40,027 bases of DNA. Source: a virus (lineage: Duplodnaviria > Caudoviricetes). The translations under genes and the position numbers were made by a program. Below, one piece after another: positions 15,580-24,728 of the stretch. The notes below the pieces were generated by a model. It was not told the origin of the DNA. It was given only the letters and a program-made list of their open reading frames with translations, and did no database searches. The stretch spans positions 1 to 40,027 of the IMG/VR virus record IMGVR_UViG_3300020432_000016; one strand, 5' to 3'. The stretch's first letter is position 1; the number at the start of each line of letters is the position of its first letter.

Positions 15580-15811
15580 CACCAACCCACACGTTGGTCT
15601 CTTCCTTCAGAATTGGCGCCGACTTTTTGCGCTCGCTGTTTTTTAATACCGATCTTCTCCATGTAACACCCTCGTCAGGCACGATGACTTCAACTGTGAA
15701 AAATGCATGACCGCATTCCTTGCAAATGCGACGCCTGATCGTCTTTTGGTCGTCTGAAGAGTTAGTATCAGGAACCTTCTGCTCCTGTGAACCGCACTTG
15801 GGGCAACGCAT
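15563..15811 (-). CDS. NrdR-like zinc-ribbon protein without ATP cone
   Basis: MRCPKCG..VPDT..IRRRICKECGHAFFTVE matches the NrdR N-terminus; only 82 aa. Confidence 0.85.
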   Translation of the reverse strand: MRCPKCGSQEQKVPDTNSSDDQKTIRRRICKECGHAFFTVEVIVPDEGVTWRRSVLKNSERKKSAPILKEETNVWVGVNRNH

Positions 15812-15939
15812 CGATTAACCGCTTGTTAGTGCACTATACACGGTGTCTGCGCCCTTGGTCAATAGTGCTTGCGCAAGGGTCTTGCCAAACGATTAGTAGA
15901 AGCACTACTCTGCAGGGGTTCTCACTCATGAAGCATTCC

Positions 15940-15981
15940 CTTTTAACCGATTGGTCCTGAGTTCGAATCTCAGGCGACCCA
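15940..15981 (+). mobile_element. attP core: 3' half of tRNA-Lys(UUU)
   Basis: CTTTTAA anticodon loop, CCGA, T-arm CTGAG-TTCGAAT-CTCAG, acceptor strand GCGACCCA; 5' half absent; about 170 bp upstream of the integrase. Confidence 0.88.
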
Positions 15982-16148
15982 TATTGATAAAGGGTTCCAG
16001 CTTCTTGGGTTTAGCCCCAAAGACCAGTGAAGCCAGCTGATCTCAAACAGCGTCTCAAGTGTATTGAGCACGCCACGTCACGCCATCTTACGCCAACTCC
16101 AGCCACCGCCAGACAACTTTTTGCGCAAAGTGTGCAAGGGCTGCCACG

Positions 16149-17657
16149 GTGCCAGCCATGAGGTCACTCACCCCTGCTAACCGCGGCATAGCTCGGCTAC
16201 GTAGCGCTGCCTGCCCCTATCGCTTCCGAATTGAGTCGAGAATAAATAAGCAGCCCGGCAAAGAAGGCCTCGTTCAAACAATCCGCGTTTACACCACCGC
16301 AGATTCAGGTGCTCGATCAAAGCGGGTCAAAGGTTGCTCCATCGACGATGAAGCGCACATCTCCGCGCTCACAGAACTTCTCCTCGCCGCCGGGGAAGAT
16401 TTAGTAGCTGGTGGCCGCGGCCTCGACTGGACCCGGCTCGATAAGTCCCTAGTTAAATCAGATGGCTCCATCACCTTTACCGAACAGACCTGGGGTGAGG
16501 TGATCCAAATCGTTCAGGACCTCGTCAAGCCCGGAGGCCCCAAGTCACGCGACAAGAACAACCTCAGGTGTTTCTCTGGACGCCTCGGCTACTTCCCAAC
16601 CCACTTCAACCCGAACGACATCGCCACCACAGAAGAGCTAGAGCTCTATTGCTTTTACGAACTCGAGAGCCTGAAGGCACACAAGAAAGACCCGAAACAC
16701 CCGCTCGTCGAACTTGACCCTGGCAAAGGTGCGTTCCGCTCAAGATTTGAGCTGGTCAGTGCGCTCAAGAAAAACGGCATCAAGATTGCCACTGCTGAGC
16801 TGCTTGAACGCATCAATGGCCTAAAGGCAAAACGCAAACCGCCGGAGGCAAAGTTCATCCCAAAAGAGCAAGACGTAGAGGAATGGCTGGACAACTTGGT
16901 CAAACACGATCCCCTCAAAGCCTGGGCCGCGGCGATGCTGGCTACCTATGGGCTGCGTAATCACGAGCTATGGCACCTCAACTCGTTGCCTGGCGAGGAT
17001 CCAGCCAACCCAAGTTTTATCGAAATAGCAGAGCACACCAAGACGGGTGTTCCCCGCGTTGCTATCCCGCTGCCTGAGCGCTGGATCTGGCGCTACAAGC
17101 TCAATGACCTGGAGCATTCCCGCTCCATGCTTCGTGCTCTTAGGGCAAAGCATCCGGTCAAGACGGCTACATGCCAGCTAACGGGTGAGCAGGTGGCTGC
17201 AAACAACCCTGACCTTGGCAGGCAAGTGACCAAGTGGTTCAACTGCCCGCTTCGGCCACAGAGTGAATTCGCAGTGCCCCTGTTCGGCTGGGTAACGCCC
17301 AAGCGACCACCAGGCGCCGAAACTGAGCCAGTGCCAGTCCGTGGCCGCTGCACGGCTTATGGCTTGCGTCACAGCTGGGCTATCCGTGCCAAGCAACAAC
17401 AGAGCTGGTCCTGCGAACTAAAGGCCTCGTCCATGGGGCATTCAGTCCAGGTGCACACGTCGACATACCTGTCTAACGAGACGATTGATACCCGTAGGGA
17501 GTGGACGGCGCGTCAGAAACAGCTTGACGAGAGAGAAAAGAAGCAACAAGACCCTCTATTGCAACAAACTCAGCCAATCGGTGATGAACGGTTGGAGCTC
17601 GTCATGCGGGAAAACGCAAAATTAAAGGCCGCACTGGCGGCTTATCTGGCCGGCTAA
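16149..17657 (+). CDS. int: Tyrosine recombinase (phage integrase)
   Basis: TYGLRNHEL (R), TKTG (K), YGLRHSWA, MGHSVQVHTSTY (H, Y); next to the tRNA fragment. Confidence 0.92.
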   Translation: MPAMRSLTPANRGIARLRSAACPYRFRIESRINKQPGKEGLVQTIRVYTTADSGARSKRVKGCSIDDEAHISALTELLLAAGEDLVAGGRGLDWTRLDKSLVKSDGSITFTEQTWGEVIQIVQDLVKPGGPKSRDKNNLRCFSGRLGYFPTHFNPNDIATTEELELYCFYELESLKAHKKDPKHPLVELDPGKGAFRSRFELVSALKKNGIKIATAELLERINGLKAKRKPPEAKFIPKEQDVEEWLDNLVKHDPLKAWAAAMLATYGLRNHELWHLNSLPGEDPANPSFIEIAEHTKTGVPRVAIPLPERWIWRYKLNDLEHSRSMLRALRAKHPVKTATCQLTGEQVAANNPDLGRQVTKWFNCPLRPQSEFAVPLFGWVTPKRPPGAETEPVPVRGRCTAYGLRHSWAIRAKQQQSWSCELKASSMGHSVQVHTSTYLSNETIDTRREWTARQKQLDEREKKQQDPLLQQTQPIGDERLELVMRENAKLKAALAAYLAG

Positions 17658-17857
17658 AGGCGCCTATAGAGAGCTCGCTCCACCTGGCGCACGTTCCAGA
17701 GGATGGGGCTTATCCCACATTGCGGATTCTTGCGGGTGAAGTGCTTGCCTTCCTGCAGCAAACCCTGGGTTCGCAACCTCAGCAGGGTCCTGGGACTGAC
17801 GTGCAAATGCTTGGCCATCTCGTGGTTTTCCAGCCACAGCGTGCCATCTGCGCTCAT
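17654..17857 (-). CDS. Excisionase-like HTH protein
   Basis: WL..EMAKHLHVSPRTLLRLR..GLLQEGKHF; basic; adjacent to the integrase. Confidence 0.8.
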   Translation of the reverse strand: MSADGTLWLENHEMAKHLHVSPRTLLRLRTQGLLQEGKHFTRKNPQCGISPILWNVRQVERALYRRL

Positions 17858-17939
17858 GCCTATTGAACGTTAGGAAACTAAAACTTACTCACGAGGCAGT
17901 GAGAATGATCCTCGCCAGTCATAAGAAGAGATTAAGGAC

Positions 17940-18827
17940 TTGTCGAACACGATCGTGCCCCCTATGGTTCGTAAGCCTCTCCACTTTTTCAGACGGGTGA
18001 GCAAAACAATTGTACTGACCTCCGTTTCGCGAAACGGCTTGCAGTCCAGTAATGCTGCCAGTTGCTGTTACGACACACAAAACAGAAATTCGTTAGCTTA
18101 TGCGTTATCTTCCGCGAAGAGCCCTCAAGCAGAATTGGAGTCTTTCGACGAGTTTCGAGAGAGATTGCCGGAATTCCGAGCGAGCTTCGGCATTAATCTC
18201 GAACGTTGGAGGCGGTCCAATGGTTGGACGCAGGACACCTGTCAAGAGATCGGTGCGTTCACTAAAACTCCTCATGTTTATGGCTCAAAGTGGTCCCAAC
18301 TTGAGCGGGGAGTGGCTATTAATCCAGGTCCCTTAGTCTTCCATGCTCTAGGAAGTATCAATGTCGCTCTGGCTAATGAAAGCTTCCTTGAACCTGGCTT
18401 GATCACAGATCGCAAGTTGAGAGAAAAGGTTCGGGAATCCAAGGCTGTATGCCATGAAGATGGCAGTCCATGGCAGGGATTTGACTTCTTTGCAGCATTC
18501 ACAGGTCAGCTCAAGTGGCCTAACAACAGCATTGGTCGTGTCATGACTGCTGAGAATGCGCTTCGTTACAGCCAGGAGCTTCACGAACAGTTGTTAAAAA
18601 TAAAAAACAGCAAGAACTTTAGAACGATAACCGTTCTCACTGAACTAGAAGATATCGCAAGCGCTTATTTGAATAAAGAGCAGTCCCAAAAACTACTAGA
18701 CGTTGTGATGGGCATTACAGATTACAGACCTTCCGAACTGCAAGATCTGTGGGATGACGACGAAGCCTGTTTCATGCCTACCCCAATAATCAATAAGCTA
18801 AAAGGAAATTTGATAAAAAATGGATAG
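17940..18827 (+). CDS. XRE-like HTH regulator (candidate repressor); start uncertain
   Basis: FGINLERWRRSNGWTQ..WSQLERG; divergent from the excisionase. Confidence 0.7.
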   Translation: MSNTIVPPMVRKPLHFFRRVSKTIVLTSVSRNGLQSSNAASCCYDTQNRNSLAYALSSAKSPQAELESFDEFRERLPEFRASFGINLERWRRSNGWTQDTCQEIGAFTKTPHVYGSKWSQLERGVAINPGPLVFHALGSINVALANESFLEPGLITDRKLREKVRESKAVCHEDGSPWQGFDFFAAFTGQLKWPNNSIGRVMTAENALRYSQELHEQLLKIKNSKNFRTITVLTELEDIASAYLNKEQSQKLLDVVMGITDYRPSELQDLWDDDEACFMPTPIINKLKGNLIKNG

Positions 18828-18924
18828 GTAGAAATACCTGTTATGGTCTAACGATAGGTAGATCATACGTAGCATTTTCAGGAGAAACATGGGTAGTATT
18901 TGGGTGGTTCCTTACTGAACGATC

Positions 18925-19500
18925 TTGGAGACTGATCTAGAACGGTACGCCCAGGCTCAGCTCATCAACGCTTTATATAAGTGGAAGCGAGACGGAGCGC
19001 ATCCTGGGCGTTTGGCTGAGTTTGATCTGATTGTCAACTATGTCCTTGGTGAGGGTGAGTCGATCTGTGCTCGGCTGATGCACATAGGCGGCGGCATCCT
19101 GACAAGCGGCTATGGCAAGGACAAGAAGACAGCAGTGAATGCAGTCTTGGGGGTCGACGCTTTATTTGATTGCGGCGCCAAGTCCGATGCGAAAGCTCAA
19201 GAAGCACCGCTGACAAATGGGTTTGACTCTACTGAGGAAGAGGTGGCGCCTGCCCCGGAATCCGACAAGGACGCTCTCCTCCCTCTTAGTCGTGACAGGC
19301 AAAAAGAGCTTCGAGGTGGTATTGCGGCGTTAAACACTGCAGCCAAGGCCAGCTTGGTGGCTGAATTCAAAAAAGCGTTCAACTTGCCTGAAAAGATCAC
19401 TCGTATCGGGGATCGCATCACGCAGCAGCGCCACTCTGAATGGCTTGAGGCTTATATGAAGACTCTTCCCTATCCAGAAGTGACTCAAGAATCTGCCTAA
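18925..19500 (+). CDS. Divergent ERF-like ssDNA-annealing protein
   Basis: LINAL, RLMHIGG..S and KKTAVNAVLGV resemble degenerate ERF motifs; helical C-terminal domain. Confidence 0.4.
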   Translation: METDLERYAQAQLINALYKWKRDGAHPGRLAEFDLIVNYVLGEGESICARLMHIGGGILTSGYGKDKKTAVNAVLGVDALFDCGAKSDAKAQEAPLTNGFDSTEEEVAPAPESDKDALLPLSRDRQKELRGGIAALNTAAKASLVAEFKKAFNLPEKITRIGDRITQQRHSEWLEAYMKTLPYPEVTQESA

Positions 19501-19646
19501 CGATCGGTAGGGAGAACGCTTTTGCGTGAATCTGAAGAAATAAAAAATCGTTAGCGCCTCACGTTCACTAGCGGTATGGTAAGGCGAAGAGGAGGATACG
19601 TCTCACACGCCTCCTTTTTTCCCCTTCACATACACAGGAGAACCGT

Positions 19647-20270
19647 ATGGTTGCAGGCATCATTGAGCTCACAGATGGCAGCACGGCCAAGCGCACACCC
19701 GTCTTCAAGAAGCAAAATCACGGCGAGGTGGCAAGACTTGCCCTCGTTCGCACTGAAAAACGCAAGATTTTAAAAGAAAACGACGCAGGCGAACTGGTCC
19801 CTGATCTCAAGGAGAACGGCGCTTTCAAATTTGAGATCGTCTTACATGGCGTAGCCATGGCTGGTACAACCATGTCTGCTGGCATAGGTGATGAGATCAA
19901 TGTGCCTAGTGACGGCGACGAAGTCCGGCTGATATGTCGAGCCGGCGCTTACAAGCAATGGATTGACAGTACTAAAACCATTAAGCGGCCTGTGCGATGT
20001 GGCGACGTGGTGCAATACACCATTGATACTGCCCAGGCGTATGTCGGGAAGAAAAAGCAGGGTGACCCAATGCTTACTGCTGAAGCAGTAGCTGAGCGGC
20101 GACGCAAGTCACCTGGAATGGTCATTGGTTTCTACGGTGAGATGACCCTAGAGCCAGGTTCCAATCCAGAAATCATCACTCGTTGCTGTGATTTATATCA
20201 AGAACATCAAGCGATAAACCTGGACAATGGTCCAACCGTGGGCGGTCAAGACGACATGCCGGATGTTTGA
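19647..20270 (+). CDS. Hypothetical beta-rich protein; SSB candidate
   Basis: AGGAG SD; acidic tail DDMPDV; lies between the ERF-like gene and dnaN. Confidence 0.45.
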   Translation: MVAGIIELTDGSTAKRTPVFKKQNHGEVARLALVRTEKRKILKENDAGELVPDLKENGAFKFEIVLHGVAMAGTTMSAGIGDEINVPSDGDEVRLICRAGAYKQWIDSTKTIKRPVRCGDVVQYTIDTAQAYVGKKKQGDPMLTAEAVAERRRKSPGMVIGFYGEMTLEPGSNPEIITRCCDLYQEHQAINLDNGPTVGGQDDMPDV

Positions 20271-20541
20271 TCGGTTTACTGAAAACGAATGGGTAGGTCA
20301 CATTCATTCAACTGAAGGGCTGTATCTAATTCGATTTACACACAAGGTAAAGGGGCGCTTTTTGACAGATGAATATGTCGTCTGGTGCCCCAAGAAAAAG
20401 ACTTGGGGGCCGCTGATAGGGCGGCCCTTTCCCCCGTGGATACCCTCACGACTTATGGACCAAATCGAACATGAATTGCATAGTCGCTCAATCAGAGCTC
20501 GCCAAGGCGTTGAAGAAGGCGACCAAAGCTGTCTCCACTAG
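20263..20541 (+). CDS. Hypothetical protein, 92 aa
   Basis: ATG 20263 overlaps the end of the upstream gene. Confidence 0.55.
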   Translation: MFDRFTENEWVGHIHSTEGLYLIRFTHKVKGRFLTDEYVVWCPKKKTWGPLIGRPFPPWIPSRLMDQIEHELHSRSIRARQGVEEGDQSCLH

Positions 20542-21601
20542 GCCAACACATCCAATCCTTGCCTGCGTGCGCGTCACAGCCGATGTTGACCGCGGCCTGA
20601 CTGTGGAGGCAAATAATTTAGAGGTCTACATTGAAAAAATTGTTTCATGCCAGGTTGAAAAAGAGGGTTCAATCTGTATCCCTGCCAAGAGTCTTTGCGA
20701 TCTTGTTGCCAAGCTTGATGGTGGCGACGCTTTGGACCTCTCGACCACTGAACACCGTCTTTGTATTGGAACGAAGGCGGGTGAGTTCTCCATCAGTGGC
20801 TTCCCTTCTGAAGACTGGGTTGATATGCCCACCGAATCGACCTCGAAATTTCACGTTGTTGATCTAGAGAGCGCCTGTAAGACAGTGCAGGATGCGATAG
20901 CCAAAGACAGGCCAGACCTGGATGGAGTGAACATCCGGTGTGACGGAAGCTCAATTGATTTCGCCGCAACAGATGGTCATCGCTTGCATGTGATCAAACA
21001 ACTTGTACAAGACACCGCCTCGTCTGATGGAGATCTAGATGACTTCAACATCACAATACCGGAAAGCGTCTTAAAGCTTGCGCAGGGTGATGCAGGGGAG
21101 ACACAACTGTCCTTCAGTGACACACATGTGTGCGTGCGGACTCAACTTACGTCCTTGACTGGCCGGCGAAAGTCCGCAACCTATCCAGATTACCCTCAGT
21201 TAATACCAAAAAAGGCTACCAACACATGCGAAGTGGATCGCCAGCTCTTGTTGCGTGTTGTGGATCGAGTGGGGGCAGTGGCCGCGGACGCCAACAACAT
21301 TATGTTTTTAGGCAAAACACTAGAGCGTAAAAACAATCTGGTGTTGACCGCAAAACATTCCCAAGGCTTTGCCAAGGAGTTTGTACCAGCTGAATTCCAG
21401 GTGGGCACAAATCAAGGGCAGAGCTCTTTAGAAGATTCATTTGGGCTGTACCTCAACAGCCGGTTTCTTTCTGAGGCTCTGTCTTCACTTCAAGGTGAAC
21501 TTGTACGTCTTGAATACGTTAGTAAGCACGCCCCATTTCTTGTAAGAACAGACGACCAGATCTGCATGATTATGCCATTGCAGGGTAGAAGCGATGACTG
21601 A
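20471..21601 (+). CDS. dnaN: DNA polymerase III beta sliding clamp
   Basis: 376 aa; [42 protein letters not shown]. Confidence 0.93.
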   Translation: MNCIVAQSELAKALKKATKAVSTRPTHPILACVRVTADVDRGLTVEANNLEVYIEKIVSCQVEKEGSICIPAKSLCDLVAKLDGGDALDLSTTEHRLCIGTKAGEFSISGFPSEDWVDMPTESTSKFHVVDLESACKTVQDAIAKDRPDLDGVNIRCDGSSIDFAATDGHRLHVIKQLVQDTASSDGDLDDFNITIPESVLKLAQGDAGETQLSFSDTHVCVRTQLTSLTGRRKSATYPDYPQLIPKKATNTCEVDRQLLLRVVDRVGAVAADANNIMFLGKTLERKNNLVLTAKHSQGFAKEFVPAEFQVGTNQGQSSLEDSFGLYLNSRFLSEALSSLQGELVRLEYVSKHAPFLVRTDDQICMIMPLQGRSDD

Positions 21602-22469
21602 TGCGATGGGTGACTACTTGGCACGCATTGGATTAATTTCAATGCTGGAGGCACCAGAGGAGCTTGAGCTTGGGCGTATTGTCCAGGCCAATATTCATCT
21701 TGTAAACAGGAGCAGAGCTCAAGAGCGACAGCTTCAAAGGGCAAAAGATCGCATGATCGAAGCCAATCTTCGCCTAGTAGTCTCCATCGCTAAGAAATTC
21801 GCCAAGCATGTACCACCATCGGAGTTGCTTGATCTCATTCAAGCTGGCAACACTGGCTTGATTCGGGCTGTTGAAAAGTTTAATCCAAGTCTTGGTTATC
21901 GATTCAGCACTTATTCCTACTGGTGGATCAAACAAGCCATTACCCATTATTTACATACATACAAGCATGTCATACGGCTACCAACATCTCAGCATGAGCG
22001 ATTGAGGAAGCTGGAGCAGTTTAAGTCTAAATTCAATCAAGGTCTCAGAGATGAAAATCTGGATGAGATCCTGACAACATTGGGACTGACGAGAGATGAT
22101 GCCGCAAGGTTGATTCGCTATAAGACAGCTCCACGTAGCCTCGACGCATTAGCTGTAGAGGATGGCACGCCACTGGTTGAACTTATAGCGGCACCAGAGC
22201 AACAAGACGACGAAGAAAGCGCATATGAGGTTAGGGAGGCATTTCAGCGCTTGCCACCAGATCAAAAACAAGTTGTCGACCTCCATTTTTACGAGGGTCG
22301 ATCTATCAAGGAGATAGCGGCACTAACAAACCAGCCTGCCAGTGTTATTGAAAGGCTAAAAGTGACCGCTGTATTTACCATCTGCCGCTTAACGATGGGC
22401 GTTGTCTCAATCTCGGAAGAGGAGCTACAAGACTCCACTCTTTCCTTCATACAAACCAGTTTCTTTTAG
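21594..22469 (+). CDS. Second sigma-70 factor (RpoD/SigA family)
   Basis: [59 protein letters not shown]. Confidence 0.95.
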   Translation: MTDAMGDYLARIGLISMLEAPEELELGRIVQANIHLVNRSRAQERQLQRAKDRMIEANLRLVVSIAKKFAKHVPPSELLDLIQAGNTGLIRAVEKFNPSLGYRFSTYSYWWIKQAITHYLHTYKHVIRLPTSQHERLRKLEQFKSKFNQGLRDENLDEILTTLGLTRDDAARLIRYKTAPRSLDALAVEDGTPLVELIAAPEQQDDEESAYEVREAFQRLPPDQKQVVDLHFYEGRSIKEIAALTNQPASVIERLKVTAVFTICRLTMGVVSISEEELQDSTLSFIQTSFF

Positions 22470-22473
22470 CCTT

Positions 22474-22641
22474 ATGTTTTATCGGTACACAGTCCAGATG
22501 CCAGCGCATCGACCGTGCAAGGCGACAATCCTTGCAAATAATAAGAGAGAAGCTTTAAAAAAGCTCAAACTACTTTACCTCTCTAGTGAAGCCTTAGTAA
22601 CTCTACACGGACAAGCAAAAGATGGTAACGACCTCAATTAA
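22474..22641 (+). CDS. Hypothetical protein, 55 aa
   Basis: ATG 4 nt after the sigma stop. Confidence 0.55.
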   Translation: MFYRYTVQMPAHRPCKATILANNKREALKKLKLLYLSSEALVTLHGQAKDGNDLN

Positions 22642-22927
22642 TCTTTTCTCACGATCAACCATGGCAGACATTCAAAGAATCAAAGCTCGGCTCGCCCAGA
22701 TTTCAGATCAACTAACAAACGCAGAGGACATGCTTTTAAAAGCAAGGACTGACTTAGATGATGCGATGTGCTCAAGTGATGCAATTGATGCAAGAAACAA
22801 CATGTATGGACTGGATCGAGTTGTTAGCGAGCTGAATCGGTACAAGGCCTCACTAGAGCAAACATTGGCAACCGAATTGAAGCTTGCCAGCATTCAAAAG
22901 CTAGAAGGTGACGAAGTAAATCACTAG
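22622..22927 (+). CDS. Coiled-coil hypothetical protein
   Basis: Heptad-like pattern; alternative start at 22661. Confidence 0.7.
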   Translation: MVTTSINLFSRSTMADIQRIKARLAQISDQLTNAEDMLLKARTDLDDAMCSSDAIDARNNMYGLDRVVSELNRYKASLEQTLATELKLASIQKLEGDEVNH

Positions 22928-22954
22928 ATTCAGTTAATCGCCAAAAGAAGTCAG

Positions 22955-23470
22955 ATGATCCTTTCTGATAAAGAAATCTCGAACATTTGCAGGGGAGGTG
23001 CTATATCTCCCTTCCTTCCTGAATTAGTAAACCCCGCTTCAATTGATGTTCGACTTGGGCATGAGTTACTCATCGAAAGCGCGGAGTCAGAAGACTTTAA
23101 GCGCTACCCACTCGCAGGTCACACGGCAGAACACCCATATTATCTCGTTCCAGGTCAATTTGTACTTGCTCCTACTATTGAGGTCTTTCATTTACCTCTT
23201 GACATCGCTTGCGAATTTCGCCTTAAGAGCTCGCGAGCCCGTGAGGGACTTGACAATGCCCTGGCAATGTGGATTGACCCTGGGTTCTCTGGATCTGTAT
23301 TAACAATGGAGCTGCGAAACAATCGGCAGCTCTGGCCTATCGGTCTATGGCCAGGCATGCGAATTGGCCAACTGTTTTTTCATCGGATGAGCCAAATCCC
23401 TTCTGTCTCCTACAACATCACTGGACGCTATAACAACGACCTTACAGTCACACAAAGTAAAGGTCATTAA
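22955..23470 (+). CDS. dcd: dCTP deaminase
   Basis: MILSD, VNPASIDVRLG, LKSSRAREG, IDPGFSG..LTMEL, IGQL, GRY. Confidence 0.95.
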   Translation: MILSDKEISNICRGGAISPFLPELVNPASIDVRLGHELLIESAESEDFKRYPLAGHTAEHPYYLVPGQFVLAPTIEVFHLPLDIACEFRLKSSRAREGLDNALAMWIDPGFSGSVLTMELRNNRQLWPIGLWPGMRIGQLFFHRMSQIPSVSYNITGRYNNDLTVTQSKGH

Positions 23471-23496
23471 ATTTATCAAACTCGCAAAACTCCAAC

Positions 23497-23817
23497 TTGT
23501 CAACTAAAGATTTCGCCTATCAGCTCTCGACTGATGACCAGTTTGAAAAAGAGAGAATGACTCGTGCAATTGATGAATGCACAGATGTCGAAAGACTCCA
23601 AGAGATTGCAAAGATGCACCTAAACCATAAGTTCCAGCTGTGTGCAGCTCTAGACAAAGTGACAGCAGCTCTAGACGAAGTGACAGATTTTGCCCGGGAA
23701 GCGGTAACACATGCCGGGGAAGCGATAGCAGCAGCGGTAGCAGCACACAAAGCCAAGCAACCTCAAGCCTTCGTTGTTAAGCTTTTCAAGCTTAGTAAAA
23801 GAAACTGGTTTGTATGA
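23497..23817 (+). CDS. NblA-like protein with C-terminal extension
   Basis: LSTDDQFEKERMTRAIDEC..LQEIAK; clear paralogue of the next gene; TTG start. Confidence 0.5.
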   Translation: MSTKDFAYQLSTDDQFEKERMTRAIDECTDVERLQEIAKMHLNHKFQLCAALDKVTAALDEVTDFAREAVTHAGEAIAAAVAAHKAKQPQAFVVKLFKLSKRNWFV

Positions 23818-23875
23818 AGGAAAGAAAGGCTAAGCGTAATTAACTTTATTAACCTTGGAAAAACGCAACTTTTCA

Positions 23876-24058
23876 ATGAAAAAGAATCCTCTCCAGATGT
23901 CGACTACTCAACAGTTTGAGCTGGAGAGGTATTGTCGTGCAATTGACGATTGCACAAGTGTCGACATGCTTCAAGAGACTGCGAAGGAATGCCTAAAGGG
24001 TTTCTTCTGGCAGCGAGCAGCTGTGCAATGGATTCTCCGAGATGTCATGCCGGAATGA
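23876..24058 (+). CDS. NblA-like phycobilisome degradation adaptor, 60 aa
   Basis: LQMSTTQQFELERY..LK..WQRAAVQWILR resembles the NblA LSLEQQF helix-loop-helix pattern and size. Confidence 0.6.
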   Translation: MKKNPLQMSTTQQFELERYCRAIDDCTSVDMLQETAKECLKGFFWQRAAVQWILRDVMPE

Positions 24059-24225
24059 ATGAAGATGTTCCTATAAGGTTGTATGTGGTTATCGACGAAG
24101 ATGGCAAGCCAGTGTTTGAATGTTCAGGAGCGGGGCTCAGCATCAGGCACCCACAAGAATGGCAGGCCATAGCTATACTCCGGCAGCTCTACGTCTCCAA
24201 AGGCCTCCCATGGCCAGGCCCATAG
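24055..24225 (+). CDS. Hypothetical protein, 56 aa
   Basis: ATGA overlap with the upstream stop. Confidence 0.6.
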   Translation: MNEDVPIRLYVVIDEDGKPVFECSGAGLSIRHPQEWQAIAILRQLYVSKGLPWPGP

Positions 24226-24543
24226 CTCCTCAAGCGAGACGTTGACCATGTATCGCATCAGCTTCTTTGCGCGTTCCACATCCCAACAGGGGTGTTGCGT
24301 CCAGAACTCCCATAGATCCTGATGGCCTTTCTCGCGATTGTGCTGGGAGCAGCACGGCGCCAGGTTGTACGCAACTGTTGGGCCACCATTCTTCTTGGCT
24401 ACCAAGTGATCAAGAGTTATGTGCTCAAACTTTTCACCGCAGATGTAGCATCTATTGTCCCAGGCTTCAATGATCTTTTTTCTAAACCTTTGCTTTGTTG
24501 CCTTACGTGTAATTAGCTCACTGCCTTCAATGTGATGCTTCAC
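24124..24543 (-). CDS. HNH endonuclease
   Basis: CYICG..TLDHL..GG..NLAPCCSQHNREKG. Confidence 0.92.
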   Translation of the reverse strand: MKHHIEGSELITRKATKQRFRKKIIEAWDNRCYICGEKFEHITLDHLVAKKNGGPTVAYNLAPCCSQHNREKGHQDLWEFWTQHPCWDVERAKKLMRYMVNVSLEELWAWPWEAFGDVELPEYSYGLPFLWVPDAEPRS

Positions 24544-24724
24544 TGGGTTCCGGTAAAAAATAAGGTGTGACCGAGTAATCGAGTAGATATTCAGACGACC
24601 TCGCCATCTCTTCCACTCTTGCTGCCATATTTTGCGCTACGCGGTCTATGTCGCCTGGCCCCTTTTCGTGCACATCTCCATCGACTATGACAATGGCATG
24701 CATATGCACCACGTATCGGCTCAT
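24527..24724 (-). CDS. Hypothetical protein, 65 aa
   Basis: Packed between endolysin and HNH. Confidence 0.7.
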   Translation of the reverse strand: MSRYVVHMHAIVIVDGDVHEKGPGDIDRVAQNMAARVEEMARSSEYLLDYSVTPYFLPEPSEASH

Positions 24725-24728
24725 CCCA

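Noticed and set aside
15910-15984. Complete tRNA-Lys gene
   Set aside because: No D-arm or 5' acceptor strand, and the anticodon stem cannot pair; called as attP
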